Counted from the stretch's first letter, positions 38,982-51,771 are shown. The stretch is DNA of 64,000 bases from Felis catus (GCF_018350175.1 NC_058368.1:53694001-53758000), one strand, 5' to 3'. Translations and numbers: made by a program. Notes: a model not told the origin generated them from the letters alone.

Positions 38982-39680
38982 TATTAACCTTAAAAATAAA
39001 ACTTTCAGGGGGGCTGGGTGGCACAGTCAGTTAAGCCTCCAACTGTTGATTTCTGCTCAAGTCATGATCTCCTGGGTTCATGAGATCGAGCCCTATGTAG
39101 GGCTCGGCACTATCAGAATGGAGCCTGCTTGGGATTCTGCCTGTCTCTGACCCTCCCCTGCTTGCACTCTCTCTTTCAAAATAAGCAAATAAACTTAAAC
39201 AAAATTTTCCAGTTGTGAATGAATGAATGAATGAATGAATGAATAACTTTATTAAAAACAACAACAAACCCTACCATTAATTTTACCAGAAAAAGTTTTA
39301 TTTAGGAATAACAGAGTTGCAATGTGGGACAAGCAAAGCCATAGGCAAGGAGGTACACTATTTTGCAGAGGAAAAGGGTAAGTTGGGAAGGCTGTTATAA
39401 ACAGAAACTCTGTTGGAGTAAGCTGGGAGTTGGGAGTATAGTGGGTTCTTATTGGCTGAGTTGTGACTGTCTCTCCTTGGCTGGGTTGTTATAGGGTGGG
39501 CGTGGGTCAAGGAAAGCTTTTCTTCTTCCTGTCTGGTAGTAAAGTAGTAACATCCATGTGAAAGATCTGTCTCTTCCTGTTGGCTTTGAAGTTGACAGTG
39601 GTAGAGTAGGAGAGCTCCCCTGCCAAATCTCTGGACTCTGGACTTCATTTTAGTGAGTTTTCCCATTATTAATTTTCACA
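38982..39680 (-). mobile_element. Solo ERV LTR (probably a carnivore ERV1-class LTR) inserted in L1M, with a SINE inside
   Basis: The minus strand starts TGTGAAAATTAATAATGGG.., contains CCAAT and AATAAA, and ends ..TTTAAGGTTAATA. It interrupts contiguous L1 sequence TGTATCAGG | TAATACTGGCCTC. Confidence 0.65.
39008..39198 (+). mobile_element. CAN-SINE nested in an LTR
   Basis: GGGGGGCTGGGTGGCACAG head; degenerate TSD AAATAAAACTTTC / AAACAAAATTTTC. Confidence 0.88.
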
Positions 39681-39735
39681 TGGAGTAATTAATACTGGCC
39701 TCCTATAATGATTTGGGACCTATTCTCTCCTGTTG

Positions 39736-39738
<3 letters not shown>

Positions 39739-39778
<40 letters not shown>
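39739..39778. repeat. (CT)n microsatellite
   Basis: Directly visible. Confidence 0.97.
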
Positions 39779-39780
<2 letters not shown>

Positions 39781-40479
39781 GATTTGTGAAGAATTGGTGT
39801 CAATTCCTCTTTAAATGTTTGGTAGACCTCCCCAGTGAAGCTGTCCGTTCCTTTTTTCTGTTGTATTTTTATTCTCTGTTTCATTAATTTCCATTTTAAT
39901 CTTTGATTTCCTTCCTTTTGCTTGCTTTAAATTTAGGTTGATCTTTTCCCAATGTCCTAAAAATGGAAATTTAGGTTATTAATCTGAGGTCTGTTTTTTT
40001 AAACATAAGCATTTACAGGTTATGAATTTCCCACTGTATTAGTTGCATCCCATATATTTTTAGTATGTTCTTTTTTTATTTTAATTCATTTCAAAGTATT
40101 TTCTAATTTTCCTTTTGATTTCTACTTTGACTTATTGCTTATTTAGGAGTATAGTGTTTAATTTCCACATATTTGTGTGTTTTCATCATTTTTTTTGTTT
40201 ATTTTTATCATTTCTTTCTGTTATTTTCTGATTTAATTTTTACTGTGTTCAGGGAACATACTTTGTATTCTATCCTTTTCAATTTATTAAGGCTGTTTTA
40301 TCATCCTAGAGAATGTTCCTTATGCCTTTTAGTATTTCTATAGATGTTCTTAGCTCAAAAGATGTCTGTTCTAGTTGTTTTATAATGTCATTCAAATCTT
40401 CTATTGTTGATCTTCTGTTCAGTTGTTCTATCCATTACTGAAAGTTGAGTAATGAAGGCTCCAACTAAAGAGGATTGTT

Positions 40480-41040
40480 TTTGAAATGCCCAGCTCCCAA
40501 GATAGTCACAGGATTGACCAAGGCCTCTGCTGAAACCATATCAGTTTCACATCCCCTCTGCCCAGATCGACTTCCTCATTCCCTTAGAGGTATCACTCCC
40601 AGGGGCTATTCCAGTAAACCCTCTGCCTGAAATCTCTGCATCACCATCCATTTCCTAGGAAACCAACACTTGAAATGATGTTAGGAACAAGCTTTAAGGG
40701 GGTTTTGGAAGGTAGATTTATTGCTGTTTGGCAATGAAGACCACATCACTGGTAGTATGTGGAACACTTCTATACACACTGACATTCGGTAGTAGTATAA
40801 TTTTTAAAATTTTCTTAGTGAAGTGGTTCTGATACTAGAGTAAGCAAACACACAATTAACTGATGGGTATTAAATCTCAGGCATGTGACAAGTTTGGGGA
40901 AAAGAAGTAATTATAATAATTGTAGAATCAAATGACTCTTGCCAGTTGCTATTGATGCCTTGAAGGAAGATCATCATGAAAAGTTGAGGATGATTAATCA
41001 TGCATTTAAGGTGTATCCATAAGAAGAAAGCACACTGTCA
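40480..41040 (+). mobile_element. ERVL remnant: LTR16-like 3' end followed by ERV3-16A3-like internal leader
   Basis: CCCCTCTGCCCAG..TTCCTAGGAAACCAAC resembles the LTR16 3' end; GGCAATGAAGACCACATCACTGGTAGTATGTGGAACAC resembles the internal region (recalled consensus). Confidence 0.6.
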
Positions 41041-41092
41041 GAAAAAAAAAAACAAAACAGTAAGATCTGGAAAAAAAAAAAAATATATATAT

Positions 41093-41098
41093 ACACAC

Positions 41099-41140
<42 letters not shown>

Positions 41141-41175
41141 CGTGTATACACACATATACACACATACATACATAC
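41093..41175. repeat. Compound (TA)/(TG)n/(CA) microsatellite
   Basis: Directly visible. Confidence 0.93.
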
Positions 41176-41345
41176 TCTACATAACACGAAAGGAGTGGTC
41201 AGTGTTCATATTGGCCACATACAAGTAAAAGATCACCTGATAAATTCACAGATAATCAGAGAATAAAGTATGAGATAATTAGTAATCTACTCTGCCATCC
41301 CTTCTCAAATTACTTTTGAAGTTAGTTTTAATGAGAGACTTTTAA

Positions 41346-41526
41346 AAAAAATGTTGATTTTTGAGGGAGGGAGGGGCAGAAAGAGAGAGAGACAGGGAGA
41401 CATAGAATCCAAAGCAGACTCCAGGCTCTGAGCTGTCAGCACAGAGCCCTGTGCAGGGCTTGAACTCACAAACTGTGAGATCATGACCTGAGCCAAAGTG
41501 GGACACTAAACAGACTGAGCCACCCA
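41346..41526 (-). mobile_element. CAN-SINE
   Basis: TSD ATGAGAGACTTTTAA at 41331-41345 and 41537-41551. Confidence 0.92.
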
Positions 41527-41988
41527 CTATTCCTTTATGAGAGACTTTTAACGTATGGCCTTAAAAGGAAAGGTGACCAATTAACCATTACTTCCCAAGA
41601 AAAGATTCAGCATGGAACCATGACAGAGATATCTCTGTACCCCACTGCACTGATGCAAGTTTCATAGGGACTTCCTTATAGTACAGGGGTGAGAGAGTTT
41701 AGTATCTTGGAGAGCCACCCAGAGCAGCCATCTGAACCGCCAGGGTGATGTTAAAAAAAGTTTTTTTTAAACCCAAAACAAGTAAACTTATTGTTCTAGG
41801 CCAATGAAATTTAGGTTTTTTTTTTTTATTTATGCTTTTATTGCAATTTAACCTAGATAACCCTGACTAATACAGGTCTCCAGTGAATAATGAAGCCTAA
41901 AGGAAAGAGAAGAGAACAAAGCTCTTTTCATTTTTTTTCCTTGATAATTCCCTATCAGCTTAAACAACTGCGTAAGCTTCTCCAGTTG

Positions 41989-42224
41989 TAAAAAAAAATT
42001 TAAATTTATTTATTTAAAAAATTTTTTTTAATGTTTATTCATTTTTGAGAGACAGAGTGTGAGCGGGGGAGGGGCAGAAAGAGAGGGAGTGACAGAATCC
42101 GAAGCAGGCTCCAGGCTACGAGCTGTCAGCACAGAGCCCAATGCAGGGCTTGAACTCGTGAACCATGAGATCATGACCTGAGCCAAAGTCGGAGGCTTAA
42201 CTGGCTGAGCCACCCAGGCGCCCC
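41989..42224 (-). mobile_element. SINEC_Fc
   Basis: Ends ..CACCCAGGCGCCCC; TSD AAGCTTCT(C/G)CA(G/T)TT. Confidence 0.95.
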
Positions 42225-44837
42225 AAGCTTCTGCATTTTTATGCAAGCATAAAAATCTTGGTTTCATATTCCTCTCATATGCAATATATATTTCCCCTAA
42301 AGGCAGCTGGACATTACAGTAGGCAACTTAGTATTTAAAAGAGTCCCTATTTTTATTTGTTTAAACGTGAGTCCATTGCAAATTTGTATGGAGGAAAGGT
42401 CAAATTAACACAACAGGAAAAGGCAGATGTCAGGGACTCAGAGAGTGTCATGTTCTGTTCCTTCATTTCTGAATCTAGAGAAGTCTGGGCATATGCTCCA
42501 AAAAGGAGAAAAAACAAATATCCAGACATGTCAGCCAAGTAAAAAGCCAAATAATAAAGACAAGTCGTTAGCCTTCTGAGAAATGGGAAAAAGCGGATCC
42601 CCACTGGGGGCAAGCTAGTGTGTGCAGGTGAGCGGTGGAGAGGACGTCAGGCTCTGACCCCGTGCCCGCTGGCATCACAGGTGAGGGGCACAGCACAAAG
42701 GCAACTTGGATGAGATGTGGTTTTGGGGGTACTTTACAGAGGCTAGGTTTTACGTTGGTCCATTTATCCTTCCTGGGTTCCCACCAGTTCTGTGGACCAA
42801 GCTAAAGGTGGAAGGAACCCAAACTATCCCTAAAAGCCCTTCTTCTTGCCCCTGTTCATTAAAGGGCGCCAACAAACATGTTTGTTGTGTGCTGTTTCCT
42901 ACTCTGGGTGCTCTTCTACTGTTTTGAGCAGAACTGTGTACACATGTGAGCAGCATTGGCGGTGTGGTCTTTTTCCCCCAGAGCTTCCTGATTTTTGTTT
43001 TGTAGTTTTTGTTTTTCTGGTGATCCTCTGACTATGGCCGTACACAGGCCCCTGAATTCTGTCCCAGCTCTCACAGATCGTTCTGTGATTAGAAGAGAGA
43101 CCTCGAGCCTTTTCCCCCAGGAACATATTCAAAGCAGATGTCGTCCATTACTCTTTTCCGCAATAAGGAGATGGAGCACTGACATTTGGATTACCTTTCT
43201 ACACCAGCAGGTATTAGCTGAACAGGAGAAATTATTTATTCCTCATTAAAATTGGCTACCCAGAAACCCTAAATGTCATAACCATGACTTTGCACTACAT
43301 TAGGGAGACTAATGGCAATATGTGGCACTAAATGACCTGAATGACAAATTGTGGCTTCGTTGGCCCAGGAAAAAAAATCTCATGTTTCAGATTAGATGGC
43401 TTATTTTAGGTCAAAATAAGGGGGCCAGTGAATTAGCCAAGGCATCAAGGGATTTGAATGCCCTTAATTAAGTGGTCACTTTTGCAGAGTGCTTCATTTT
43501 AAGAGCTTGTTTGCTCCTTACTTAACACTGTACTTGCTGGGAGGAAATGTTGCTCTAGTGTGAAGTTTACTTACTCTGCCACCTGCTACCAATCGTGAAA
43601 CGCTATTCTGGAAATTCGAGAATGCTCTTTAAGCAGAGCTGAATTAAAATGCACAGGAGCTCTGGATGCAAAGGAATTCTTTCCATCGAGGAGTTGGGCC
43701 TTTGACTCCCCTACCAGTACTCCTGGAAATTACAGGGTGTGAGTTGACTTTTTTTATTTGGGAAAAGTATATCTTGCCCAAATGTGTTGTGTTGGTAAAA
43801 GTGCTTATCATGAAAAGACAAATAATTTGGGAAAATAGGAAAGTTTCCTTTTCTGCCATCTCTCTAGGTGAATATATATACATCTACTACAGTCGTGAAA
43901 GTTATTTTGCCTACTTCACAGATAGGGGAAATATTGAATATTAAAATGGATTTTCTTTGTCTTTAGAAGGAGAAAAGATTCTTCCTCTTTTAATGTGCAA
44001 GACCTACATCCTTAGTATCTTTTCCTTTGCACGTCCTGGTTTGTACAGTGATGTTGTGGCTCTTAGCCTACATCCAGGATCCTCGTTTACTAGTTATATT
44101 GCTCTGTGCTTTATTCTCATTGGTTACAAAAATAGATGATGGTAGAGTCATATTATTTTACAGCTATTCAGAGACATAATTAATATTTTCAACGTGCTTT
44201 AAAAAACTTGGGATGAAAGGAAATGCAATGAAAAGCAGAATCTTATTTGTTCATTTGCATTTTTATCAGGTTTGAATAAAATCTTTTCTTTTGAAACAGT
44301 ATTAGCAGCTGAGAGTGGCAAGACATTTTCCTTAGGAATCCGGAGGACTTTAAAATCAGTCCTGCAGTATTAAAATACAGAAAAGAAAAGAATGAATTTT
44401 TAAAGTATATTAAGAGACGTTTCAGACAACATGATGATTTTGCAAGCATACTTCCTGCAAAAAAGAAGGGACATTCCACGTCTTAGAGTTGAGTCTGTTT
44501 CCAGATGGAAATTTACCAACCCGGATTTGGTTTTATGCACGATCTCTGATGCCTTCTCCTTACTTTTTTCTGTGTATGCCTTCTTGCAACTTCCCTGCTG
44601 TGGCGTGCTCACCTGCTTCGTTCTGTGCTTGTACATACCCCTCCATGGAGCTCAGGTTGTTTACCTGCCTGTTACCTCTTTCTAGAGTTCTTGGATGCTC
44701 AGGAAGCTTTCCTGTTAGAAGCAGTTATTTCACCAGAGTTCTTTCTGCATCCTTATAAATTTTGTTATGTTTTTTTTTCTTGTTTAATTTTATCTTTCTG
44801 ATCATGAGATGCTCACTGAAGCAAAGAACATATTTTA

Positions 44838-45567
44838 TTTTTTTAATTTTTAGTTTATTTAAATCTAAGTTAATTTATATACAGTGTAGTATTGGTTTCA
44901 GGAGTAGAACTGAGTGATTCATCACTTACATATAACATCCAGTGCTCATCCAGACAAGTGCCCTCCTTAATGCCCATCGTCCATTTAGCCCATTCCTCCA
45001 CCACCTCCCCTCCAGCAGTCCTCAGTTTGTTTTTTGTATTTAAGAGTCTTTTATGGTTTACCTTCCTCTCTGTTTTTATCTTATTTTTCTTTCCCTTCCC
45101 CTATGTTCATCTGTTTTGTTTCTTAAATTCCACATATGAGTGAAATCATATGGTATTTCTCTGATTTATTTCACTTAGCATAATACATTCTAGTTCTATC
45201 CATGTTGTTGCAAATGGTAAGATTTCATTCTTTTTGATTGCTGAGTAATACTGCATCGTGTATATGTACCACATCTTCTTTATCCATTCATCAGTTGAAG
45301 GATATTTGGGCTCTTTCTGTAAGTTGGCTATAAACACTGCTATAAACATTAGGGTGCATGTGTCCCTTTGAATCATAATTTTTGTATCCTTTGGATAAAG
45401 ACCTAATAGTGCAATTGCTGGGTCATAGGGTAGGTCTATTTTTAATTTTTTGAGGAACCTCCCCACTGTTCTCCAGAGTGACTGCACCAGTTTGCATTCC
45501 CATTGGCAGTGTGAAAGTGTTCCCCTTTCTCTGAATCCTCGCCAACATCTCTACTTTTTTGAGTTAA
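44838..45567 (-). mobile_element. 5'-truncated carnivore L1 (ORF2 C-terminus and 3'UTR)
   Basis: ORF 45146-45487 (..[41 protein letters not shown]..) is the L1 ORF2 C-terminus; TSD CAAAGA(A/G)CATATTTTA at 44822-44837 and 45568-45583. Confidence 0.95.
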
Positions 45568-45769
45568 CAAAGAGCATATTTTACCCTGCTTCTAGTTGTA
45601 TCATGGCATGATATTATTTTTTAATAAACAGAATGACAATTAAATTTAGCTCCTGATTACATTTTCTATATCCAGTAGAATGGGACCAAAGAGAAATAAT
45701 AAAGGGAGAGAAAAAAAAGTCTTCTAATAACATAACATGAAAAAATTAGTCTGCTTCAACAAAAATAAA

Positions 45770-47140
45770 TTGTTGCAATTTAGGGGTTCAGGGGGACCTG
45801 CCACCAGTTAGTTTCTAGCTGATTTCCTTGAACTGTGGCTGGGATCTCAGTCACTTTACTGGGGTCAAATTAGGTGCCTGGCTGGAGAAACACTGCTGGA
45901 AGTGGCCTAGTCTGCTGTGGTGAGGGGATACATATGTGCTAGAACCCACTGGGGCCTCCTTCCTTGTGGCTCTATTGAGAAAGCACTGGGCTGCCTGGGG
46001 AAGGAGGATGATTGATCTCCATCAAATGGATCTTGTCCACCCTGAGAAACTGGGGACATGACTGCCGGGTGTGTCCTAGTCCCAGCACACCCGCTGTAAG
46101 GGACAAAAGAAGTCGGAACATTAACACCTGGCTATTCTCTCTCAGACCTCTTCTGCAGGGAGTGTGTTCTGGAGAGCCTTACTATAATATACCATATTTT
46201 CAAGCCTGGATCCATTCTGAGAAGTCCATTCCCATACTTCTTTCTCAAAATTTCTTATCACCAACACCCAACTTCCCTCTTCCCAGGTTCTTGGCTATGG
46301 AACCAGATCAGTACCCACTTCCCCGGAATCCGTGCAGTTCATGCCCTTGTACCTGTTCTCCTACACTATCTAAAGAATCAAATGTCTACTTAAGATTATT
46401 CTATGCTCCTTATTATTTCCAGGTTACCTCTGAGAAAGACTTCCACTCCACAGCACTCTCCTTTTGTCTAGTGTCCGCCTACCTACATCACCGTTGAGCC
46501 AGACCAAAGTGGGTAATCCAGGGATAACGTGAAAAGCAACATGCTTGCCCATTTAGAGGATTTTTAATTGCGCCAATCTCTTAGTTTATCCCAGGAAGTT
46601 ATATTTCTTCATGTACTCTTTGGACAGGAAGGAGTTGAACCAATGAATCCCACCAAGCCATTACTTCAAGGGCTAAAGGCCAGTGGGAAGATTCTGGCAG
46701 TTATTGACAATATCCATTACATCTGTACACTGAGAAACTGGAGACATGACCACAGGATGTGTTTGAGTTTCATTACACCCACTGCAAAAACAAAGGAAAT
46801 CAGAGTATTACTACTTGGTCATTAGAAAGTCTGGCAAGTGGACCCATGACAGCTTTCATTCCCTCAGAGGCAGTATCCAAAAGAAAGCAGTTTTCAGGAT
46901 GTTTCCTTTCCACCTGGGTAATGCACAGGAACAAGATTCACAGTACGCCTGTGGGGTATTAAAGAAGAGCTTGTCCTCAGAGCTACCCAGCCTTTCTTTC
47001 AACCTCTGGCTGCTTGGCCTGAGAACGGAGTTGAGTCCAGTGTCTCAGGAGGTACCATGACCCTCTAGTGGGCTGCTGGGGTCTGGCCTCTATTTGTTAC
47101 AGCTGGACGTTGTGCCTATCACACAAGGCCATCAACTTAA
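45770..47140. mobile_element. Ancient long LTR (LTR78-like) with an internal diverged direct repeat
   Basis: Two diverged CTGAGAAACTGG(G/A)GACATGAC.. units 688 bp apart; family from recalled similarity; ends approximate. Confidence 0.45.
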
Positions 47141-47490
47141 TACCTGCATCCCCGAGATTAAATAGGACAAATCTGCAGGTTAGATCATTCTCTGAGATCT
47201 GATTTCCAAATTAGGCACTGCCTATTATGATTATATCCACTTTTCTTCCTACTTCCTTTCTTCTCCATTTCAGTTGAATCTTCTACAATCAGCAGTCCCA
47301 GTCTACTAAACCCAGCTGTTAAGCACATTTTAAACACTGGATGCTTCTCTCCCTAGTATTTTCCTTATGGTAAAGGAAAAAGTAGGCTTTTAGGACCACT
47401 GGAGGGACTGATGAAGGAGGGTGACATTCCAATCTAGTTTACTGTTCTCAAAGTCTTTTAAATATCCTCTACATAAAAGAAGGATTTTCT

Positions 47491-47735
47491 GGGGTGTCTG
47501 GGTGGCTTAGTTGGTTAAGTGTCTGTCTTCCACTCAGGTCATGATCTCACAGTTCATGGATTCGAGCCCCTCATTGGGCCCTGCGCTGATAGTGTTGAGC
47601 CTGCTTGGGATTTTCTGTCTCTCTTTCCCTCTCTCTCTGCCCCTCCCTGATTCATGTTGTCCCTCCCTCCCTCCCTCCCTCTCACTCTCTCTCCCTCTCT
47701 CTCTCAAAAATAAATGAATAACATTTAAAAAAAAA
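47491..47735 (+). mobile_element. CAN-SINE
   Basis: GGGGTGTCTGGGTGGCTTAG head, long CT tract; TSD ending ATTTTCT. Confidence 0.92.
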
Positions 47736-48339
47736 GTATTTTCTGACTTTTTTGATAGCCCCTCGTATGATCCTGTGTTTGGTCTTAGTCTGAGTTGACT
47801 GGCCCAGCAACTGGCTTGAACTGTATAGCCAGCTGCCTAGGCAAGCGCAGTAAGTGTGGACACTATGGTGATTATACCCACATCAATGGTGGTTGCCACC
47901 CAGTCCAAAATGATGCTCTCTCTTCTTTGGTTCAGTATCTTCAGAATGTATTACACAGTTCCATTTCCCTCTAGATTTTCCAAAACTAAAAGTCTCTGTC
48001 TGGGAATAATTCTTTCTTCCTTACTTGGATGCCACACTTTATCCTTGGAGCACTTTGAGATCCATCGCTGGCTGTACAGTCAGCAGTAATGAGGAGATGA
48101 TGTTGCAGGAAATGAACAGGTAAGCATTTGGAGGGTTTTTTAAGTCCTCTGAACTTTTGCAGATAGCCAGTCCTATTCCAACTGTAAAGATGGCTCCTTT
48201 GTCCCGTCAGTGGCTTACCTTTTGCACAAGAGACCTAGTGAGTGTGTTATTTTGACTGGGATTATAATTTACAAACCTAGAGAGTGAATATCTAATTTTG
48301 GCTTCTAGAAGTCCCAGACCAGTCTAAAAGCAGTAAGGA

Positions 48340-48780
48340 ATTCATTTTGAATGGTCACATTTTCCTCAGAATCTTGCTGGTTGCTGGCAGAAAACGTGAA
48401 TTGAGGGTGGGTGACGTGGTGAAGTGTCAAGAAAAAAGACAGGGAGTCCTGCTTAAGACCATTTCAGTGATCTGAACTGGGAGGGTCTGTATTTGAACGA
48501 GGAGAGTAGCAATGGAAAGGAAAGGTGTGGCCAGTTCAAAAAGCGTTTGGGAAATAGAATTGATAGGACTTGGCGAAAACTGGGTATGATTTGTTTAGGC
48601 GGAAAGAGGTTTCCAGCTTGGATGAACTAAGTAGGTCTCTATGGAGGCAGAGAACATAAGAAGAGCAACAAGATTGTCAGGAAAGGGGATGAAGTTAGCT
48701 TCAGACACATTCAGTTTGAGATGCTAACTTTTCTTAAGGAAAATATCGAGGAAAGTTGGGTATAATGTTTTTGTGTACAA
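48340..48780 (-). mobile_element. L2 fragment
   Basis: ..GAAATAGAATTGATAGGACTTGG..GATGAAGTTAGCTTCAGACACATTCAGTTTGAGATGC L2-like motifs. Confidence 0.6.
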
Positions 48781-48917
48781 GCTCCTTAGCATCTGGAAAG
48801 GGCTGAGAAGGCATGGGTCTTCTGTGCCCAATCAAGGTGGGTCATCTAGCCCGCTGACCCTGTTTCTTCTTCCATTTAGATGTGGAAGGGTTTCCTACAG
48901 AAGACTGGGACTTTTCT

Positions 48918-50417
48918 TTTTTTAAATTTTTATTTAATTTATTTTTAAAATTTATATCCAAGTTAGTTAGCATATAGTGCAACAATGATTTTAGGAGTAG
49001 ATTCCTTCATGCCCCTTACCCATTTAGCCCATCCCCCCTCCCACAACCCCTCCAGTAACCCTCTGTTCTCCATGTTTAAGAGTCTCTTATGTTTTTGTTC
49101 CCCCTGTTTTTATATTATTTTTGCTTTCCTTCCCTTTTGTCATCTGTTTTGTATCTTAAAGTCCTCATATGAGTGAAGTCATAGGATATTTGTCTTTCTC
49201 AGACTGACTAATTTCGCTCAGCATATTACCTTCTAGTTCCATCCACGTAGTTGCGAATGGCAAGATTTCATTCTTTTTGATTGCCGGGTAATACCTCATT
49301 GTATATATATACCACATCTTTATCCATTCACCCATTGATGGACATTTGGGCCTTTCCATACTTTGGCTATTGTTGATAGCACTGCTATAAACATTGGGGT
49401 TCCTATGCCCCTTTGAAACAGCATACCTGTATCTCTTGGATAAATATCTAGTAGTACAATTGCTGGGTCGTAGGGTAGTTCTATTTTTAATTTTCTGAGG
49501 AACCTCCATACTGTTTTCCAGAGTGGCCACACCAGTTTACATTCCCACCAGCAGTGAAAAAGAGATCGTCTCTCTTTCTCCGCATCCTCGCCAACATCTG
49601 TTGTTGCCTGAGTTATTAATGCCATTCTGACAGGTGTGAGGTGGTATCTCATTGTGGTTTTGATTTGTATTTCCCTGATGATGAGTGATGTTGAGCATTT
49701 TTTAATGTGTCGGTTGGCCATCCAGATGTCTTCTTTGGAGAAGTGTCTATTCATGTCTTTTGCCCATTTCTTCACTGGATAATTTGTTTTTTGGGTGTTG
49801 AGTTTGATAAGTTCTTATAGATTTGTGATACTAACCCTTTATCTGATATGTCGTTTGCAAATATCTTCTTCCATTCATTCAGTTGCCTTTTAGTTTTGCT
49901 GATTGTTTCCTTCACTGTGCAGAAGCTTTTTATTTTGATGAGGTCCCAATAGTTCATTTTTACCTCTGGAGATGTGTTGAGTAAGAAGTTGCTGCAGCCA
50001 AGGTCAAAGAGGTTTTTGCCTGCTTTCTCCTTGAGGATTTTGATGGCTTCCTGTCTTACATTGAGGTCTTTCATCCATTTTGTGTTTATTTTTGTATATG
50101 GTGAAGAACGCGGTCCAGGTTCATTCTTCTTCATGTCGCTGTCCAGTTTTCCCAGCACCACTTGCTGAAGAGACTGTCTTTATTCCATGGGATATTCTTT
50201 CCTGCTTTGTCAAAGATGAGTTGGCCATACGTTTGTGGGTCCATTTCTGGGTTCTCTATTCTGTTCCATTGATCTGAGTGTCTGTTTTTGTGCCAGTACC
50301 ATACTGTCTTGATGATTACAGTTTTGTAATACAGTTTGAAGTCTGGGATTGTGATGCCTCTGCTTTGGTTTTCTTTTTCAAGGTTGCTTTGGCTATTTGG
50401 GGTCTTTTCTGGTTCCA
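48918..50417 (-). mobile_element. 5'-truncated felid/carnivore L1 (about 1.5 kb of ORF2 3' region and 3'UTR)
   Basis: Frameshifted ORF2 peptides ([70 protein letters not shown]); TSD GGACTTTTCT at 48908-48917 and 50418-50427. Confidence 0.96.
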
Positions 50418-51696
50418 GGACTTTTCTACTAATTTTGGTCCAGTGTCAGACATGACCTGGAATTTCCCCATAGGAGAACCTGTCTGTTACAGCCAGTCAT
50501 TTTTATTAGGTTGGCCAAATGTTGCAGGACCTGTAGCTTGTAGGAACTTGATAAATTGAAGAAGGTAGGATATTCTTGTACATAAACCCAATACTTCACA
50601 GACTCTGTGTTTCCAAGGCAGTTGCCCTTTTTGATTAGTGGATGTGAAAATTCAGCTTCACCCCTTAGGGATCTCAAATGCAATTTCTTTCCTTCAGCCT
50701 ACTTGCATTGTGGCTCTTTCTTGATTTTGAAGCTATTTTGAAGCTAACAAAACTTTCTCCAAACACACTCTACTTCTAAATATTTTCTCCTAGACACTAA
50801 GAGAAGCTGAAAGCTTCATCTTGCCGTTCCCTCAGTAACTCTGCAATGTTGTCAGTGAGAATGGCCTTGAATTCGGTTTTGGCTTCTGGTCCTCCATCAC
50901 TGGTCTTTAGCATTCACAATCCTTCACAGAGGAAGCATGAGAAAAAATGTGGTGCATTGTGAAAAGAAGCTTGGTCTGTAAATGTCATGCAGAACAACTG
51001 TTGGTCTTTATGAATGTTTCACACAAAATATTTCTGGTAGTTGGACTTGTTTGGCTAATAAAAGAGGTTTGTAATTGATTTCTTTAAAAAGTCTATGCAG
51101 TACAATTCTTTTGGTGTTAATGCCTGGCAACAGGTTGGGGAGAGAGAATGAATCTGGCTTGGCTGGAATTTACAGATTGCAAGCACAATCTGAGAGAGGG
51201 CTATTCGCATGTGCTCTACCTCAAAAAGATTATCACGTGATTCTGCCCCTACCAGGCCAGGATGCTGAGAGCCAGCCACAAGAGAAGGAGCCAGGAAAAA
51301 CATTCCCTCTCTTTTATTTCTTTTGGATTCAACTTGTCCTGAAACCTCTGGAGACAAAAACGACTTCTGCTGTTCTAGTAGCAGTATGTGAACAACGCTG
51401 TTCTCAATACTTCCCTTTAAACTGTGAGCTACCCGTTTTCTCCTTGCCTGCTCTTCAAGAGGTCAAACCCAATGCACAACTTGTATCGCTAGATTCCCGC
51501 CAGCTGGGTTGTTTTTGAAGAGTTTGCTTTAAAAACAATGCACTTTTATGAATTTTCATTGGAAATTTTCTTTGAAAGTGTATGGGGGCTTGTGGCAACA
51601 CACGGGCTCCTGGGGTCTGTGATGAGCACTACATTCTGCATCAGATGTGCAGCTTTATAAACAAGAATTTGTTTGCAGACAGTGGCTTGTAGAGGC

Positions 51697-51771
51697 ATAT
51701 TACTAAATATGTTTAGTAATATACTAAACATATACTATGTTTAGTATATGTTTAGTACATATACTAAACAT
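51697..51771. repeat. Three overlapping inverted repeats built from TACTAAA(C/T)A / TGTTTAGTA units
   Basis: Perfect stems of 11, 14 and 10 bp with 3-4 nt loops. Confidence 0.9.

Larger units (their letters stand above)
37780..40470 (-). mobile_element. Old L1 (L1M) ORF2 fragments, interrupted by an LTR and a SINE
   Basis: ORFs 38478-38732 (..QGCPLLPFLFNFVLVVL.., the L1 RT QGCPLSP motif) and 38524-38736 (the typical antisense L1 peptide NRNGKSGHPC). L1 sequence resumes after 39680 (TAATACTGGCCTC..). Confidence 0.85.

Noticed and set aside
42600..42615. CCACTGGGGGCA as a CTCF site
   Set aside because: The spacing is one base short of the core motif, so it is a poor match.
47930..48126. Possible exon ending at CAG|GTAAGC (48120)
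   Set aside because: The acceptor is ambiguous and no frame is recognisable; isolated splice-like signals are expected by chance.
49165..50559. Several 60-150 aa ORFs resembling a protein
   Set aside because: They are frameshifted pieces of L1 ORF2 and their antisense frames in a truncated, non-autonomous copy.
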